Counted from the stretch's first letter, positions 1 through 10,119 are shown. The stretch: DNA of 64,000 bases from Candidatus Doudnabacteria bacterium RIFCSPHIGHO2_01_FULL_46_24 (GCA_001777575.1 MFEL01000018.1:8264-72263); one strand, 5' to 3'. Made by a program: numbers and translations. The notes: generated by a model from the letters alone, not told the origin.

Positions 1-1
1 T

Positions 2-466
2 GACGTCAGCAAAAATATTTCCCCCGATAATATCTATTCGCTCTCACTGGAGCCGCAAGGGGACCTGATCTGTCAGGGGATCATAGAGGACTACGTCGCC
101 CGGGCCTACGTCATCCAGCCGTGCGAAGGCAAAACCTACCAAGACATCCACGCGTTTTTATCGGATGCGTTGGCGGCCGGCAGACTTAATAAAGAAAAAG
201 CCGCCATCGAAATCCAAAATTCGACCGGCAAGCCCTATGCCTTGGACAGCCTGCAAACCATCATTGATACCGCCTACAGCGCCAAAGTCACCAGCTTCAA
301 AAGTAAAACCCCTTATGAGCGCACGATTCTCTACGACAATTCCAACGGCAAATTTCCCCAAACTTTAGATTACTTGAAGAATAACTTCAATTTCACCCTC
401 GCCGACATCCCTTACGCCAATTCCAGCGCTGATTTCGTCATCATCCTCGGCAAAGACGCATTGTAA
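2..466 (+). CDS. LCP/LytR-family protein, C-terminal part with LytR_C domain (runs off window start)
   Basis: Frame open from position 2; 'IEIQNSTG...TILYD...ADFVIILGKD' resembles LytR_C. Confidence 0.65.
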   Translation, partial: DVSKNISPDNIYSLSLEPQGDLICQGIIEDYVARAYVIQPCEGKTYQDIHAFLSDALAAGRLNKEKAAIEIQNSTGKPYALDSLQTIIDTAYSAKVTSFKSKTPYERTILYDNSNGKFPQTLDYLKNNFNFTLADIPYANSSADFVIILGKDAL

Positions 467-573
467 GAGTAAAACGTAAAGAGAAAAACGAAAAACAACA
501 GCTCAAAACTAAAAACGTTTTTACATTTCGCTTTGTTATTTTAATCTTTTCTCTTTAATCTTTAATCTCCTCT

Positions 574-1896
574 ATGAGAATTCCCATTATCGCCATCATC
601 GGCCTGCCTAATGTCGGCAAATCCACTTTTTTCAACAAAGTCTTGGGCCTGAAGAAGGCCTTGATTTATCCCGAGGCCGGCACGACCCGCGACCGGCATT
701 TTGGGCTGACGTCCTGGAACGATCTGGCTTTCTATTTGGTGGATACCGCCGGCCTAGCGCGCCCCGGCTCTGACCTGGAGCGGAACATCCAGAAACAAAC
801 GGCCATCGCAGTTGCAGAAGCTGATCTGATTTTATTCATGGTTGACGGCAAGACCTCGCCGGGAAACCAGGATTTTGCTGCGGCTAAAAATCTCATCCGT
901 ACAAAAAAACCCGCCGTGCTCGCGGCTAATAAAATTGACGCGCGCAATGCCAAAATCGAAAGTTTGGCTTCGGAATACGTCAAGCTGGGCTTGGGCCAGC
1001 CGTTTATGATTTCTTCAATCAACGGTTCCGGCATCGGCGACCTTTTGGACTCTATTGTGGAAAAACTTAATTCGCAATTCGCAATTCGCAATTCGAAAAT
1101 TACGGATTACGGATTACGGATTGCCTTTGTCGGCAAGCCCAATGTCGGCAAATCGTCGCTGGTCAATGCTTTGTTGAAACAAGATCGCCTGATTGTCCAC
1201 GAAACCGCCGGCACCACCCGCTCGGCCGTGGATATTCCGTTCGAATATGAAGGTCAAAAATTCATCCTGATTGACACGGCCGGCATCAAAAAAAAGTGGA
1301 AGCAGGACGCGGACGTGGCAGCGGCAGCCGCTTTCCAATCCATCCGCGTCATCAGCTCAACTGAAGTCGCCCTGTTCGTGCTGGATGCCGCAAGCGACAT
1401 GACGTTCCAGGATCAGGCCATTGCCGAAGAAATCCTGGAGCAAAAAAAACCGGCCGTGATTGTGCTCAATAAAATTGACCTTTTGGACCAAGCGCAGCAG
1501 GACAGGCTTTTGGATACCTTGCCTGATTACTTGCCGCAAATGTGGTTTGTGCCCGTGCTATTTTCGTCTGCCAAAACTTCCCGGGGCTTGGATCTTTTGT
1601 TAAAATTCGCCAAGAAGGCTTTCTCGTCCGCGAGTCGGGAAATTGACCAGACAGAATTAGACCATTTTTTGGATAAAATGACCGAAGAAAACATGCCGGG
1701 TAAAATGGAAGACCAGCGCGCGCCGAAATTTTATAATCTCAAGCAGATTGCCACTAACCCGCCGGTCTTCAAACTGACCGTCAACTTCCCAGCGGCAATA
1801 GCCACCGCGTGGAAAAAATGGTTCGAAAAGCAGTTCCGCTTAAAATTCGGATTCGAAGGCAGTCCGATAATGATCCGCTATATCAGGAAAGCTTGA
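574..1896 (+). CDS. der: Ribosome biogenesis GTPase Der (EngA)
   Basis: Two tandem G-domains ([16 protein letters not shown]; GKPNVGKS/DTAG/NKID) plus KH-like C-terminus. Confidence 0.97.
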   Translation: MRIPIIAIIGLPNVGKSTFFNKVLGLKKALIYPEAGTTRDRHFGLTSWNDLAFYLVDTAGLARPGSDLERNIQKQTAIAVAEADLILFMVDGKTSPGNQDFAAAKNLIRTKKPAVLAANKIDARNAKIESLASEYVKLGLGQPFMISSINGSGIGDLLDSIVEKLNSQFAIRNSKITDYGLRIAFVGKPNVGKSSLVNALLKQDRLIVHETAGTTRSAVDIPFEYEGQKFILIDTAGIKKKWKQDADVAAAAAFQSIRVISSTEVALFVLDAASDMTFQDQAIAEEILEQKKPAVIVLNKIDLLDQAQQDRLLDTLPDYLPQMWFVPVLFSSAKTSRGLDLLLKFAKKAFSSASREIDQTELDHFLDKMTEENMPGKMEDQRAPKFYNLKQIATNPPVFKLTVNFPAAIATAWKKWFEKQFRLKFGFEGSPIMIRYIRKA

Positions 1897-1922
1897 CAGA
1901 CCAAAATAACTAAATGTATAAT
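1893..1922 (+). promoter_or_regulatory. Sigma70-type promoter of the Phd/PIN pair
   Basis: TTGACA-18nt-TATAAT. Confidence 0.7.
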
Positions 1923-1952
1923 TAGAATAATTAAACTATAGAGTTCAAAAAT

Positions 1953-2222
1953 ATGCCTAATGTTATTTCTGCCCTTACGGCGCGCAACAAATTCGGCCAA
2001 ATCCTAAAACAGGTTGAAAAAGACCGCCGATCTTTTGTCGTGGAAAAACGCGGCTCACCCAAAGCTGTAATTTTAAGCATCATGGATTATCTCAAGTCCA
2101 GAGCTCCCGAACCTGAAATACTAAGAGTAATTGGAGAAGAATCAAAACGCAATAAGACCAGTCGCATAAGCATGAAGCGAATCAATGCCATAATCACAGA
2201 AGTCAGGAGATCCAAAAAATAG
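1953..2222 (+). CDS. Phd/YefM-family antitoxin
   Basis: 'ISALTARNKFGQILKQV...FVVEKRGSPKAVILS' Phd motif, directly upstream of a PIN gene. Confidence 0.85.
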   Translation: MPNVISALTARNKFGQILKQVEKDRRSFVVEKRGSPKAVILSIMDYLKSRAPEPEILRVIGEESKRNKTSRISMKRINAIITEVRRSKK

Positions 2223-2224
2223 CC

Positions 2225-2650
2225 GTGTTGCCGCTGCGACTGGTAATTGACACGAATATTTTAATTTCCGGCTTGCTCAAACCTGAGGGTTTGGAACATG
2301 CTATTTTATTTTTTAGTCTCACTCCTCCGGCAACATGGTTTATTTCCTCGCAGGTTCTGGATGAGTACCAAGAGGTTTCAAGCCGGTCAGAATTAAGAAT
2401 CAAACCCAAAAGGCGCAGAGAACTCTTTGCGCTTATTCATTCTCGAACAATCACGATCGAGCCGGATATTAAAATCAATTTTCTTATTGATCCAAAAGAC
2501 GACAAATTCTTAGAATGCGCCGAAGCGGCCAGGGCTGATTATCTGATCTCCGGCAACCTCAAGCATTTCCCTAAATTTTGGAAAACCACCAAGATCATCT
2601 CCGCTCGCGAGTTTATTGAAGGCGTAGTCCTACATTTAGATACAAAATAA
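2225..2650 (+). CDS. PIN-domain (VapC-like) toxin
   Basis: 'LVIDTNILIS', 'DPKDDKFLECA', 'ADYLISGNLKHF'. Confidence 0.9.
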   Translation: MLPLRLVIDTNILISGLLKPEGLEHAILFFSLTPPATWFISSQVLDEYQEVSSRSELRIKPKRRRELFALIHSRTITIEPDIKINFLIDPKDDKFLECAEAARADYLISGNLKHFPKFWKTTKIISAREFIEGVVLHLDTK

Positions 2651-2671
2651 ATTATAGTATAGAGATAACTC

Positions 2672-2920
2672 ATGAGAATAAAATCTTCAAGCAAAATCCG
2701 CAAATTGACGCGCGCCGGCCAGACCGGATCGACCTCAGTCGTCATTCCGGCTGAGATTATCCGCGCACTGGGCTGGCGGCAGAAGCAAAGAGTTCTGGTC
2801 AAAAAAATTTCTCGCGCTATCATCATCCGCGACGCGATGACTAAGCATAAAAAAATAAAGCATAAAATTATGAACCAATACACTTTTTTGACGGAAAAGT
2901 CAAGGGTCAGTATAATTTAG
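2672..2920 (+). CDS. AbrB/MazE/SpoVT-like DNA-binding protein
   Basis: 'RKLTRAG..STSVVIPAEIIRALGW' swapped-hairpin motif. Confidence 0.7.
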   Translation: MRIKSSSKIRKLTRAGQTGSTSVVIPAEIIRALGWRQKQRVLVKKISRAIIIRDAMTKHKKIKHKIMNQYTFLTEKSRVSII

Positions 2921-2958
2921 GAATAAGTAAATAGTATTACTCCTTACTAATTACTACT

Positions 2959-3504
2959 ATGAGCTATCTCATCATAGGCCTTGGCAACCCGGGCAAGCAA
3001 TACAAAAACACGCGGCATAACCTCGGCTTCCGCGTATTGGATCTGCTCGCTGATGGAGAAAACTGGCAAGACAAACATGACTCGAAGTTTATCAAGCTTA
3101 ATGATATTATCCTGGCCAAACCGCAGACATTCATGAATAAATCCGGCGAGGCTGTGAAAGAAATATTGAAATATTACCCAGCCGCGGAAATGATTGTAAT
3201 TCATGATGACTTGGATTTGCCTTTTGGCTCAATTAAAGTCCAAAAAAATATATCGTCTGCAGGACATAACGGGGTACAATCAATCATTGATGAATTAGGA
3301 ACTCAAAACTTTGTTCGGGTCAGGCTAGGCATTGATATGCCTGAAGCAAGAGGGCGGATTCCTGGTGATGTCTATGTTTTACAAAATTTTTCCGGGCTAG
3401 AAGAGGAAATTATAAAACAACAACTTCTCCCGGCAGCGGTCAAAGCTATTGAGACTATCCAAACTCAAGATTTTGAAACGGCTCAGTCACGATTTAATGG
3501 ATAG
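2959..3504 (+). CDS. pth: Peptidyl-tRNA hydrolase
   Basis: 'GLGNPG..Y..TRHNLGF', 'KPQTFMN.SG', 'HDDLDL', 'GHNGV.SI'. Confidence 0.97.
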   Translation: MSYLIIGLGNPGKQYKNTRHNLGFRVLDLLADGENWQDKHDSKFIKLNDIILAKPQTFMNKSGEAVKEILKYYPAAEMIVIHDDLDLPFGSIKVQKNISSAGHNGVQSIIDELGTQNFVRVRLGIDMPEARGRIPGDVYVLQNFSGLEEEIIKQQLLPAAVKAIETIQTQDFETAQSRFNG

Positions 3505-3710
3505 TTCGTATTTCGTAGAATTTCGTAGTTCGTAGAAGGACCGCTTTGCAAGAATCAGGATTCAGGGATCCTAAAAAAACTCGCCGGCGACTGCGACGAC
3601 GAGGGTTGGCCTTGCTGGGACAAGGCCATGAAAGCAGCTTGTTCGCGCGGGCGCGCGGACTATTCTGCTCTTGCCCGTGCTGGGTAACGGGCGGGGTGGG
3701 AACGGGGAAA

Positions 3711-4016
3711 TCAGTCCCCGCCGAACTCAAGGGCCAGCAGCGCAAAGCGGATATCCACTTCTTCAGGGCTCAACCCCGCGTGTTTGCAGGCCATGAGCTC
3801 TTTGAAGTAGAGGTCCAGCTCCTGCTCGGCCATGTGCAGCAGGTCGTGAATCCGACTTGCCCGCATGGCCAGCTGTTGCTGGCATCGTTCTTTGCTGCAC
3901 TGGCTACTCACGCGGCACAGAGCGCCGCGCGCGTTCACTTCCACTACATGGAGCGGAAGTGTTCGACCCAGACTACCGTGTGGCATGGCTCCTCCGACGG
4001 CGACTGACGTTGACAT
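3711..4016 (-). CDS. Hypothetical protein (start uncertain)
   Basis: Open frame downstream of the SD-led 4054-4236 ORF; no recognisable family. Confidence 0.4.
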   Translation of the reverse strand: MSTSVAVGGAMPHGSLGRTLPLHVVEVNARGALCRVSSQCSKERCQQQLAMRASRIHDLLHMAEQELDLYFKELMACKHAGLSPEEVDIRFALLALEFGGD

Positions 4017-4053
4017 GCCGCGAGCCCGCGGCAGGGTTGGCGCCAGAGCGCCC

Positions 4054-4236
4054 TTACGAATCTTCCCTCCTTTCGTGCGAGACCCGTTCTGAGGCTCGCA
4101 TAAAAACCATGGCGGCCACGGCACTTAGCCCGAGCAGTGCCGTAAAAAACGCGGCGATGCCGCCGGCCAAGCCATAGGCCACTCCAGCCAACATTACTAC
4201 GGCCAGAAGCAGCCAAACGCTTAGGCGCTTAGGCAT
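4054..4236 (-). CDS. Small two-TM membrane protein
   Basis: AGGAGG upstream of ATG; two hydrophobic segments. Confidence 0.55.
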   Translation of the reverse strand: MPKRLSVWLLLAVVMLAGVAYGLAGGIAAFFTALLGLSAVAAMVFMRASERVSHERREDS

Positions 4237-4452
4237 ATGGAACTTTCCTCCTTCCTCATGAGATGCGTTCAACCCTACTTACGAGCGCCAGGATCAAACG
4301 GAAAACCGTTTGGGCCTGAACTTATGGCTACTTGCACGCAATAGGAGGGATGCTGCATGCTTTCACCGCATCGCAAGTAGGATAGAAAACACCTGCTGTG
4401 CTATATTTTATAGGAAACAACATAGGATAGCAAAAATGCCAGAAAATGTCAA

Positions 4453-4529
4453 CCCCGTTAGAAACATGCTGTTTCAGGCGCTTTAAATTAAAAATTAAAC
4501 TGACATGTCGCACGAAGTTTCTAACGGGA
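4453..4529. mobile_element. MITE-like element, family C (TIR CCCGTTAGAAA...TTTCTAACGGG), TCAA direct repeats on both sides
   Basis: Terminal inverted repeats shared with 32628-32727 and 60102-60208. Confidence 0.75.
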
Positions 4530-5608
4530 TCAATACCGAGAATAAAGTTTACGGCAATGCCCTCAATTCAATAGAAGAACTCGGGCCAGTCAGTTTGCTC
4601 AAACTGCTTAAGTTTTTCGGCAACTTCCAGAATGCCTGGCAAGCGGGCGTAACTGATCTGGCCAAAGCAGGCCTCGACCAAAAAAAGATTGATGCCATTC
4701 TAGCAAAACATCCAAGCCTGAAGCCGGAGCAATTGTGGCAGGAAACCCAAAGACTGGGCCTTGAGGCACTGCTTCTGGGAGAAAAAGATTATCCTAAACT
4801 TCTGGCCGAAATCCCCTCGCCGCCGCCGATCCTTTATGTCCGAGGAAACAAAAAGATTTTGAATGACAATCTGCTGGCGGTGGTGGGCAGCCGCAAAATG
4901 ACCGGCTACGGCCGGCGCACAGTAGAAGATCTCATTCCCCAGCTCCTAAACGCCGGCCTGGATGTGGTTTCGGGCCTGGCCTTCGGCGTAGATGCCTGCT
5001 CTTTGCAGACAACACTTTCTGCCGGCAGTGCACCCATTGCGGTACTTGCTTCCCCGCTTGACAACTCAAGCATTTCACCGAGAATCAATTACAATTTGGC
5101 CCAAAAAATCGTTCAGCAGGGTTGTATGATATCCGAATACGCTTTGGGATCTCAAGTCTACAAAACCAATTTTCCCCAGCGCAACCGGATCATTGCCGGC
5201 CTGAGCTTGGGAACGCTCGTAATTGAAGCCGACGAAAAAAGTGGCAGTCTGATTACCGCTAATTACGCGCTTGATTTCAACCGCGAGGTGTTTGCCGTTC
5301 CCGGCCCCATCTTTTCCGATGTCAGCCGCGGCACCAACGCCCTGATCAAAAAAGGAGCGGTTTTGGTGTCTTCAGCTGCGGACATTATCCAAGCGTTGAA
5401 CCTCGACGTGACCTTGCAGATGGAGCTGGATGAAAATTACCACGATGAAACCGGAATTCTGGATTTGCTTTCCGAGCCCAAACACATTGATGAGCTGATC
5501 CGGCAGCTAAAGCTGGACGCGCCCACGGTCAGCACGAACTTAACCATGCTGGAACTCAAAGGCCGGATCAAACATGTAGGCGGGGGCACTTATGCCAAGA
5601 TCCGTTAA
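4505..5608 (+). CDS. dprA: DNA processing protein DprA
   Basis: 'YPKLLAEI..PPP.LYVRG', 'AVVGSR', 'VSGLAFGVD', 'FPQRNRIIAGLS', C-terminal winged helix. Confidence 0.97.
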   Translation: MSHEVSNGINTENKVYGNALNSIEELGPVSLLKLLKFFGNFQNAWQAGVTDLAKAGLDQKKIDAILAKHPSLKPEQLWQETQRLGLEALLLGEKDYPKLLAEIPSPPPILYVRGNKKILNDNLLAVVGSRKMTGYGRRTVEDLIPQLLNAGLDVVSGLAFGVDACSLQTTLSAGSAPIAVLASPLDNSSISPRINYNLAQKIVQQGCMISEYALGSQVYKTNFPQRNRIIAGLSLGTLVIEADEKSGSLITANYALDFNREVFAVPGPIFSDVSRGTNALIKKGAVLVSSAADIIQALNLDVTLQMELDENYHDETGILDLLSEPKHIDELIRQLKLDAPTVSTNLTMLELKGRIKHVGGGTYAKIR

Positions 5609-6656
5609 GCTTATTCTGCTTATTGTCGCCGCTATCCTTATTGTTATCGTCTTGCTAACAACAAAACGGGCGATAGAGCCAGGCGACTATCAACCATCAA
5701 CTATTAACTATCAACCACAAAGCGTCACCCTCTTCTTCGCCGGCGACATTATGCTCTCGCGCAACGTCCATGACCGGATGGCGAAAGCTGGTGATTTTGC
5801 GCTGCCGTTTAACCACGTGGTTAGGCAAGTGGTTTCCGCTAATCTAAGTTTTGCCAATCTGGAATCGCCGTTTAACGACCAAGGGCCGCACTTTGTGCCC
5901 AATAGTTTAGTCTTCAACGCTGACTCAAAAAGTGTCGCGGGTTTAGTCGCCGCGGGCTTTGACATCCTCTCCACGGCCAACAATCATGCTTTTGACCAGG
6001 GCCAAAGAGGCCTTGAGTTTACGCGGGACCTGCTTGAGGCTCATGACAAAGCTCATGACATCCTGGCGGTCGGAACCGGAGAGGGTTGCCATCAGGGGAA
6101 AATCATAGAAAAAAGCGGAATCAAATTCGGCTTTCTGGCCTACTCTTACGCGGCTTACAATGACGGCGGCAAACAGTCTGATCCTTTGGTCTGCAACTGG
6201 AATGATTCCGCCCAAACTGCCGAAGATATCAAACTGTTAAAAAACAAAGCCAACTTCGTGACCGTGTCTTTCCATGCCGGCACGGAATATAAGCGCCAGC
6301 CGGATGAAAAAAATGTCGCTTTAGCCCATGCCGCGACCGATGCCGGCGCCGATCTGCTCATCGGCCACCACCCCCATTGGATCCAAACCATCGAAGAATA
6401 CAAGGGCAAATATATTTTTTACTCACTCGGCAACTTTATCTTTGATCAGATGTGGAGCCAGGAGACAAGGGAAGGATTAACGATGACGATGACAATAACC
6501 ATGACCGACCAAAAACCCGAGATCAAAAAAATCGAGCTTATGCCTGTGGTTATTGACGATTACTGCTGTCCAAGATGGGCGAATTCGTCCGAAACTGCGT
6601 CGATTTTAAAAAAGATAAACTTGACAAGCAACATTTTAGTGGATAACAATGATTGA
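5592..6656 (+). CDS. CapA/PGA_cap family metallophosphatase-fold protein
   Basis: N-terminal TM; 'FAGDIML.R', 'NLESP', 'ANNHAFD', 'GHHPHW', 'YSLGNFIFDQ'. Confidence 0.92.
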   Translation: MPRSVKLILLIVAAILIVIVLLTTKRAIEPGDYQPSTINYQPQSVTLFFAGDIMLSRNVHDRMAKAGDFALPFNHVVRQVVSANLSFANLESPFNDQGPHFVPNSLVFNADSKSVAGLVAAGFDILSTANNHAFDQGQRGLEFTRDLLEAHDKAHDILAVGTGEGCHQGKIIEKSGIKFGFLAYSYAAYNDGGKQSDPLVCNWNDSAQTAEDIKLLKNKANFVTVSFHAGTEYKRQPDEKNVALAHAATDAGADLLIGHHPHWIQTIEEYKGKYIFYSLGNFIFDQMWSQETREGLTMTMTITMTDQKPEIKKIELMPVVIDDYCCPRWANSSETASILKKINLTSNILVDNND

Positions 6657-6659
6657 GTT

Positions 6660-6791
6660 AAATCCTAAGCACGAAGCACTAAATTCTAAACAATATCTAA
6701 ATTCAAAGGCTTAAATGTTCAAAACTGTTTTGAATTTAAAATTTCTGTCATTTGAATTTGTTTCGGATTTCGATATTAGGATTTCGAATTT
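6660..6791. repeat. Inverted array of degenerate 7-mers between capA and topA
   Basis: AAATCCTAAGCACGAAGCACTAAATTCTAAACAA... mirrored by ...TTGTTTCGGATTTCGATATTAGGATTT. Confidence 0.65.
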
Positions 6792-6796
6792 ATTTT

Positions 6797-9076
6797 ATGA
6801 ATAAGTCCCTAGTAATCGTAGAAAGCCCTACCAAAGCTAAAACCATTTCACGCTTTCTAAACAACCAATACGAAGTGGCCGCGTCTTTTGGCCATATCCG
6901 CGATTTGCCGAGCAGTAAAATGGGCGTGGACATTGAGCATGATTTTGAGCCGACTTACGTCATTCCGCCCAAGGCCAAAAAGAAAGTCGCGGAACTGAAA
7001 AGCTTGGCCAAAAACGCGGACGAGATTATCCTCGCCACTGACGAGGACCGCGAAGGCGAAGCCATCGCCTGGCATCTCGTGCAAGCCCTTGGATTAAAAA
7101 ACAGTAAACAGAAAACAGTAAACAGAATTGCCTTTCACGAGATTACCAAAACGGCCATTGAGGAGGCGCTGAAAAATCCCCGCGAGCTAGATTTGCACCT
7201 GGTGGACGCGCAACAAGCCAGGCGCGTGCTGGACCGGCTGGTCGGCTACGAACTCTCGCCCTTCCTTTGGAAAAAAGTCAAACGCGGACTTTCCGCCGGC
7301 CGGGTTCAATCCGTGGCTGTGCGGCTGATTGTGGAACGCGAGCAAGAAATCCAAAAATTCAAGCCGCAGGAATACTGGAGCATTGTCGGGACTTTCAATA
7401 AAGATTCCAATTTTGCAGGCAAACTTGCCAAAATCGATGGCAAGACTTTGGACAAGCTGGCTATCAAAAACGAAGTCGGGGCAAAAAAAATCGTGGCGGA
7501 TTTGCGCAACCGCCCAGCCGAAGTCGTGGAAGTGGCCAAAAAAGAAGTCCGCCGCAACCCGGCCGCGCCCTTCACCACCTCCACTCTGCAGCAGGAAGCT
7601 GCCAGGAAACTCGGATTTTCCGCCAAGCAAACCATGATGTATGCCCAACAGCTTTATGAAGGCGTGGAAATCGGCGATCAGGAAGCCACCGGCTTGATTA
7701 CCTACATGCGCACGGATTCAGTCAACCTTTCGGAGTTCGCGCTCAATTCCGCCAAGGAAACCATTGCCGCCCGCTATGGCCAGGATTATGTCTTAGATAA
7801 TCCTCGTCGTTTTGCGACTAAGTCGAAAAATGCCCAGGAAGCCCACGAAGCCATCCGGCCCACGGATTTTTTGCGCGATCCAGATTCAATCAAAAATTAT
7901 TTGGACCGAAATCAACATCGACTTTACGATCTAATCTGGAAACGCGCTATCGCCACGCAAATGCCGGAAGCGGTTTTTGACGCCACCAGCGTTGACACGG
8001 AAATTATCGGAGCCCCCGACGCAAAGGTCGGGGCAGGCAAAAAATATATTTTCCGCTCCACCGGCCAGGTCATCAAATTCGACGGCTTTATGAAAGTTTA
8101 TCTCGAAGGCACGGACGAGGAGGAAACCAACGGCGAAGAGGAGGGGTTGTTGCCGGAACTGAAAAAAGGCGACCAGCCCAAAGTTATAAAAATTATTCCC
8201 AACCAGCACTTCACCCAACCGCCGCCGCGCTACACCGATGCCAGCCTGATCAAAGCGCTGGAAGAGCAAGGCATTGGCCGGCCTTCAACCTACGCGCCGA
8301 CCATTACCACCATTCAGGAACGCGACTACGTGAATAAAATCGACAAAAAATTCCATCCCACGGAAATGGGCTTCATCGTCAATGACATTCTGGTTGAGCA
8401 TTTTCCCAAAGTCGTGGATCTGCAGTTCACGGCCAAAATGGAAGAAAACTTAGACGAAATCGCCAGCGGCGGCAAAGACTGGGTGCCCGTGATCCGGGAA
8501 TTCTACGGCCCGTTCCACGAAAACTTGAAAGCCAAAGAAAAAGCCGTGGAAAAGCACGTGGAAAAATTAGGCGAGAAGTGCCCGGAATGTGGTAAAGATT
8601 TAGTGCTTAAATTCGGCCGGTTCGGCAAATTCATCGCCTGCAGCAATTATCCGGAATGCAAATACACGCGCCCCATGCCGGAAGATCAAAAGATGATTGA
8701 CGAAAACAAGGGTGAGATCTGCGAAAAGTGCGGCAAGCCCATGGCGGTGAGGTTCGGCAAGTTCGGCTCGTTTTTGGGCTGCACCGGCTATCCGGAATGC
8801 AAAAACATCAAAAAAATCCAAAAAGGCACGGGCGTGGCCTGCCCCAAATGCGGCGAAGGCGAACTTGTAGAGCGGCGCGGCAAGCGCGGCCCGTTCTATT
8901 CCTGCTCCAAATATCCCCAGTGCAAATTTTTGCTGCCGACCAAGCCCACGGGCGAAAAATGCCCCAAGTGCATGAGCCTGCTAATTTACGCCAAAGGCGG
9001 CACAGTCAAATGCTCGAGCAAGGAGTGTGATTTCACCAAAGAAGTTCAAGCAGAAAATCACCCTGAGCGAGCGTAG
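6797..9076 (+). CDS. topA: DNA topoisomerase I with C-terminal zinc ribbons
   Basis: 'LVIVESPTKAKTI', 'ATDEDREGEAI', 'SAGRVQS', 'ITYMRTDS', repeated CxxC ribbons; ATG 6797 preferred over TTG 6752. Confidence 0.98.
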   Translation: MNKSLVIVESPTKAKTISRFLNNQYEVAASFGHIRDLPSSKMGVDIEHDFEPTYVIPPKAKKKVAELKSLAKNADEIILATDEDREGEAIAWHLVQALGLKNSKQKTVNRIAFHEITKTAIEEALKNPRELDLHLVDAQQARRVLDRLVGYELSPFLWKKVKRGLSAGRVQSVAVRLIVEREQEIQKFKPQEYWSIVGTFNKDSNFAGKLAKIDGKTLDKLAIKNEVGAKKIVADLRNRPAEVVEVAKKEVRRNPAAPFTTSTLQQEAARKLGFSAKQTMMYAQQLYEGVEIGDQEATGLITYMRTDSVNLSEFALNSAKETIAARYGQDYVLDNPRRFATKSKNAQEAHEAIRPTDFLRDPDSIKNYLDRNQHRLYDLIWKRAIATQMPEAVFDATSVDTEIIGAPDAKVGAGKKYIFRSTGQVIKFDGFMKVYLEGTDEEETNGEEEGLLPELKKGDQPKVIKIIPNQHFTQPPPRYTDASLIKALEEQGIGRPSTYAPTITTIQERDYVNKIDKKFHPTEMGFIVNDILVEHFPKVVDLQFTAKMEENLDEIASGGKDWVPVIREFYGPFHENLKAKEKAVEKHVEKLGEKCPECGKDLVLKFGRFGKFIACSNYPECKYTRPMPEDQKMIDENKGEICEKCGKPMAVRFGKFGSFLGCTGYPECKNIKKIQKGTGVACPKCGEGELVERRGKRGPFYSCSKYPQCKFLLPTKPTGEKCPKCMSLLIYAKGGTVKCSSKECDFTKEVQAENHPERA

Positions 9077-9127
9077 CGAGTCGAACAACGGGTAATTTCG
9101 AGAAAAAAGCCGCAGCCTCACCTCAAT

Positions 9128-9160
9128 AAAAAATGCGCCAGACACCTGGCGCATTTTTTT
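9128..9160. terminator. Bidirectional intrinsic terminator
   Basis: AAAAATGCGCCAG-acac-CTGGCGCATTTTT between convergent genes. Confidence 0.8.
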
Positions 9161-9167
9161 GTGTTGC

Positions 9168-9437
9168 TTATTTCTTCGCAACTCCTTTGGCGATATACTG
9201 CTTCATCAAAGATTGATAAGGCACGTCTAATTCATTAGCTTTTATTTTCACACGGGCCACGATATGGGATGGAATGCGCAGAGAAATAGATTGGGAAGTG
9301 GGCTTAAGATTTGGAAACAAGGGACCAATCATGGCTTTGGATAAATCAAAATATTCGGTAGAATCATGGGTATCCCAAAACTCCCGTTCTTCGTCTTCGT
9401 TCTTAAATTTAGGCAGCTTTTTTATATGTCTCTTCAT
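9168..9437 (-). CDS. BrnA/CopG-like antitoxin
   Basis: 'PKFKNEDEEREFWDTHDSTEY...ISLRIP...DVPYQSLMK'. Confidence 0.85.
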   Translation of the reverse strand: MKRHIKKLPKFKNEDEEREFWDTHDSTEYFDLSKAMIGPLFPNLKPTSQSISLRIPSHIVARVKIKANELDVPYQSLMKQYIAKGVAKK

Positions 9438-9717
9438 AAGTTTTCCTCTCTTTTTTATTCGCCGGGCGCGCAGATATTATTCTGATTCGCCGGGTTCTAA
9501 TTGTAAAAGCTACAAATAATAGTTTGCCTGCTTGAGTCTGGCCATACATGCCAAATCGCTTTTCGGTTTGGCTATGCCTCTGGTCTGGGAAAACTATATA
9601 AAAATTGAAAAATGATTCCTCGGTTTCCAGCTGAGTAATTCCATGTTTCTCTAAACTTTTAGCCTGATTGCCTTCATCCCACTCAAACCCTTCTGATTGA
9701 CTTAAATCTAGCCACAT
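9409..9717 (-). CDS. BrnT-family toxin (DUF497)
   Basis: 'FEWDEGNQAKSLEKHGI', 'HSQTEKRF', 'IRIISARPANKKER'; ATG 9717 follows TTGACA-17-TACACT. Confidence 0.9.
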   Translation of the reverse strand: MWLDLSQSEGFEWDEGNQAKSLEKHGITQLETEESFFNFYIVFPDQRHSQTEKRFGMYGQTQAGKLLFVAFTIRTRRIRIISARPANKKERKTYEETYKKAA

Positions 9718-9918
9718 AGACACAGTGTATATGGGAAACTCTACACTGTCAAGAGTATAATTAATACGCCACCCACCTATCATGATGGTTGTCAAATTTA
9801 CGTCCACGCTTGCGTATACGCAAATTACATAATTAATTACGTAATTAACACAACTGCCACGGTTGCCATGTTTGAAACCCAAGGCTATAATGACCTTAAT
9901 TAATCTCAAAAAAATTAT

Positions 9919-10101
9919 ATGGCTTTAGAAACCGGGTACGGCCGCGAAGAACTCAAGAGCAGGCTTCAGGCGTTGGAGCAGGAAATCGCAAGGATCGAGG
10001 CCGGCAATAATCCTGATAAAAAGGATTTGGATGCCCTGCACGCAGAGTACGAGCAGCTCCAAACTCAATTGAATCAAAACGACCTAAGGGAAGCCGCTTG
10101 A
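9919..10101 (+). CDS. Small coiled-coil hypothetical protein
   Basis: 60 aa with heptad pattern, own upstream -10 TATAAT. Confidence 0.55.
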   Translation: MALETGYGREELKSRLQALEQEIARIEAGNNPDKKDLDALHAEYEQLQTQLNQNDLREAA

Positions 10102-10119
10102 AAGGGCGGTTTTTTCCGT

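Noticed and set aside
9718-9909. Long N-terminus of BrnT in the ORF track
   Set aside because: It covers the promoter region; the family motif starts at M9717.
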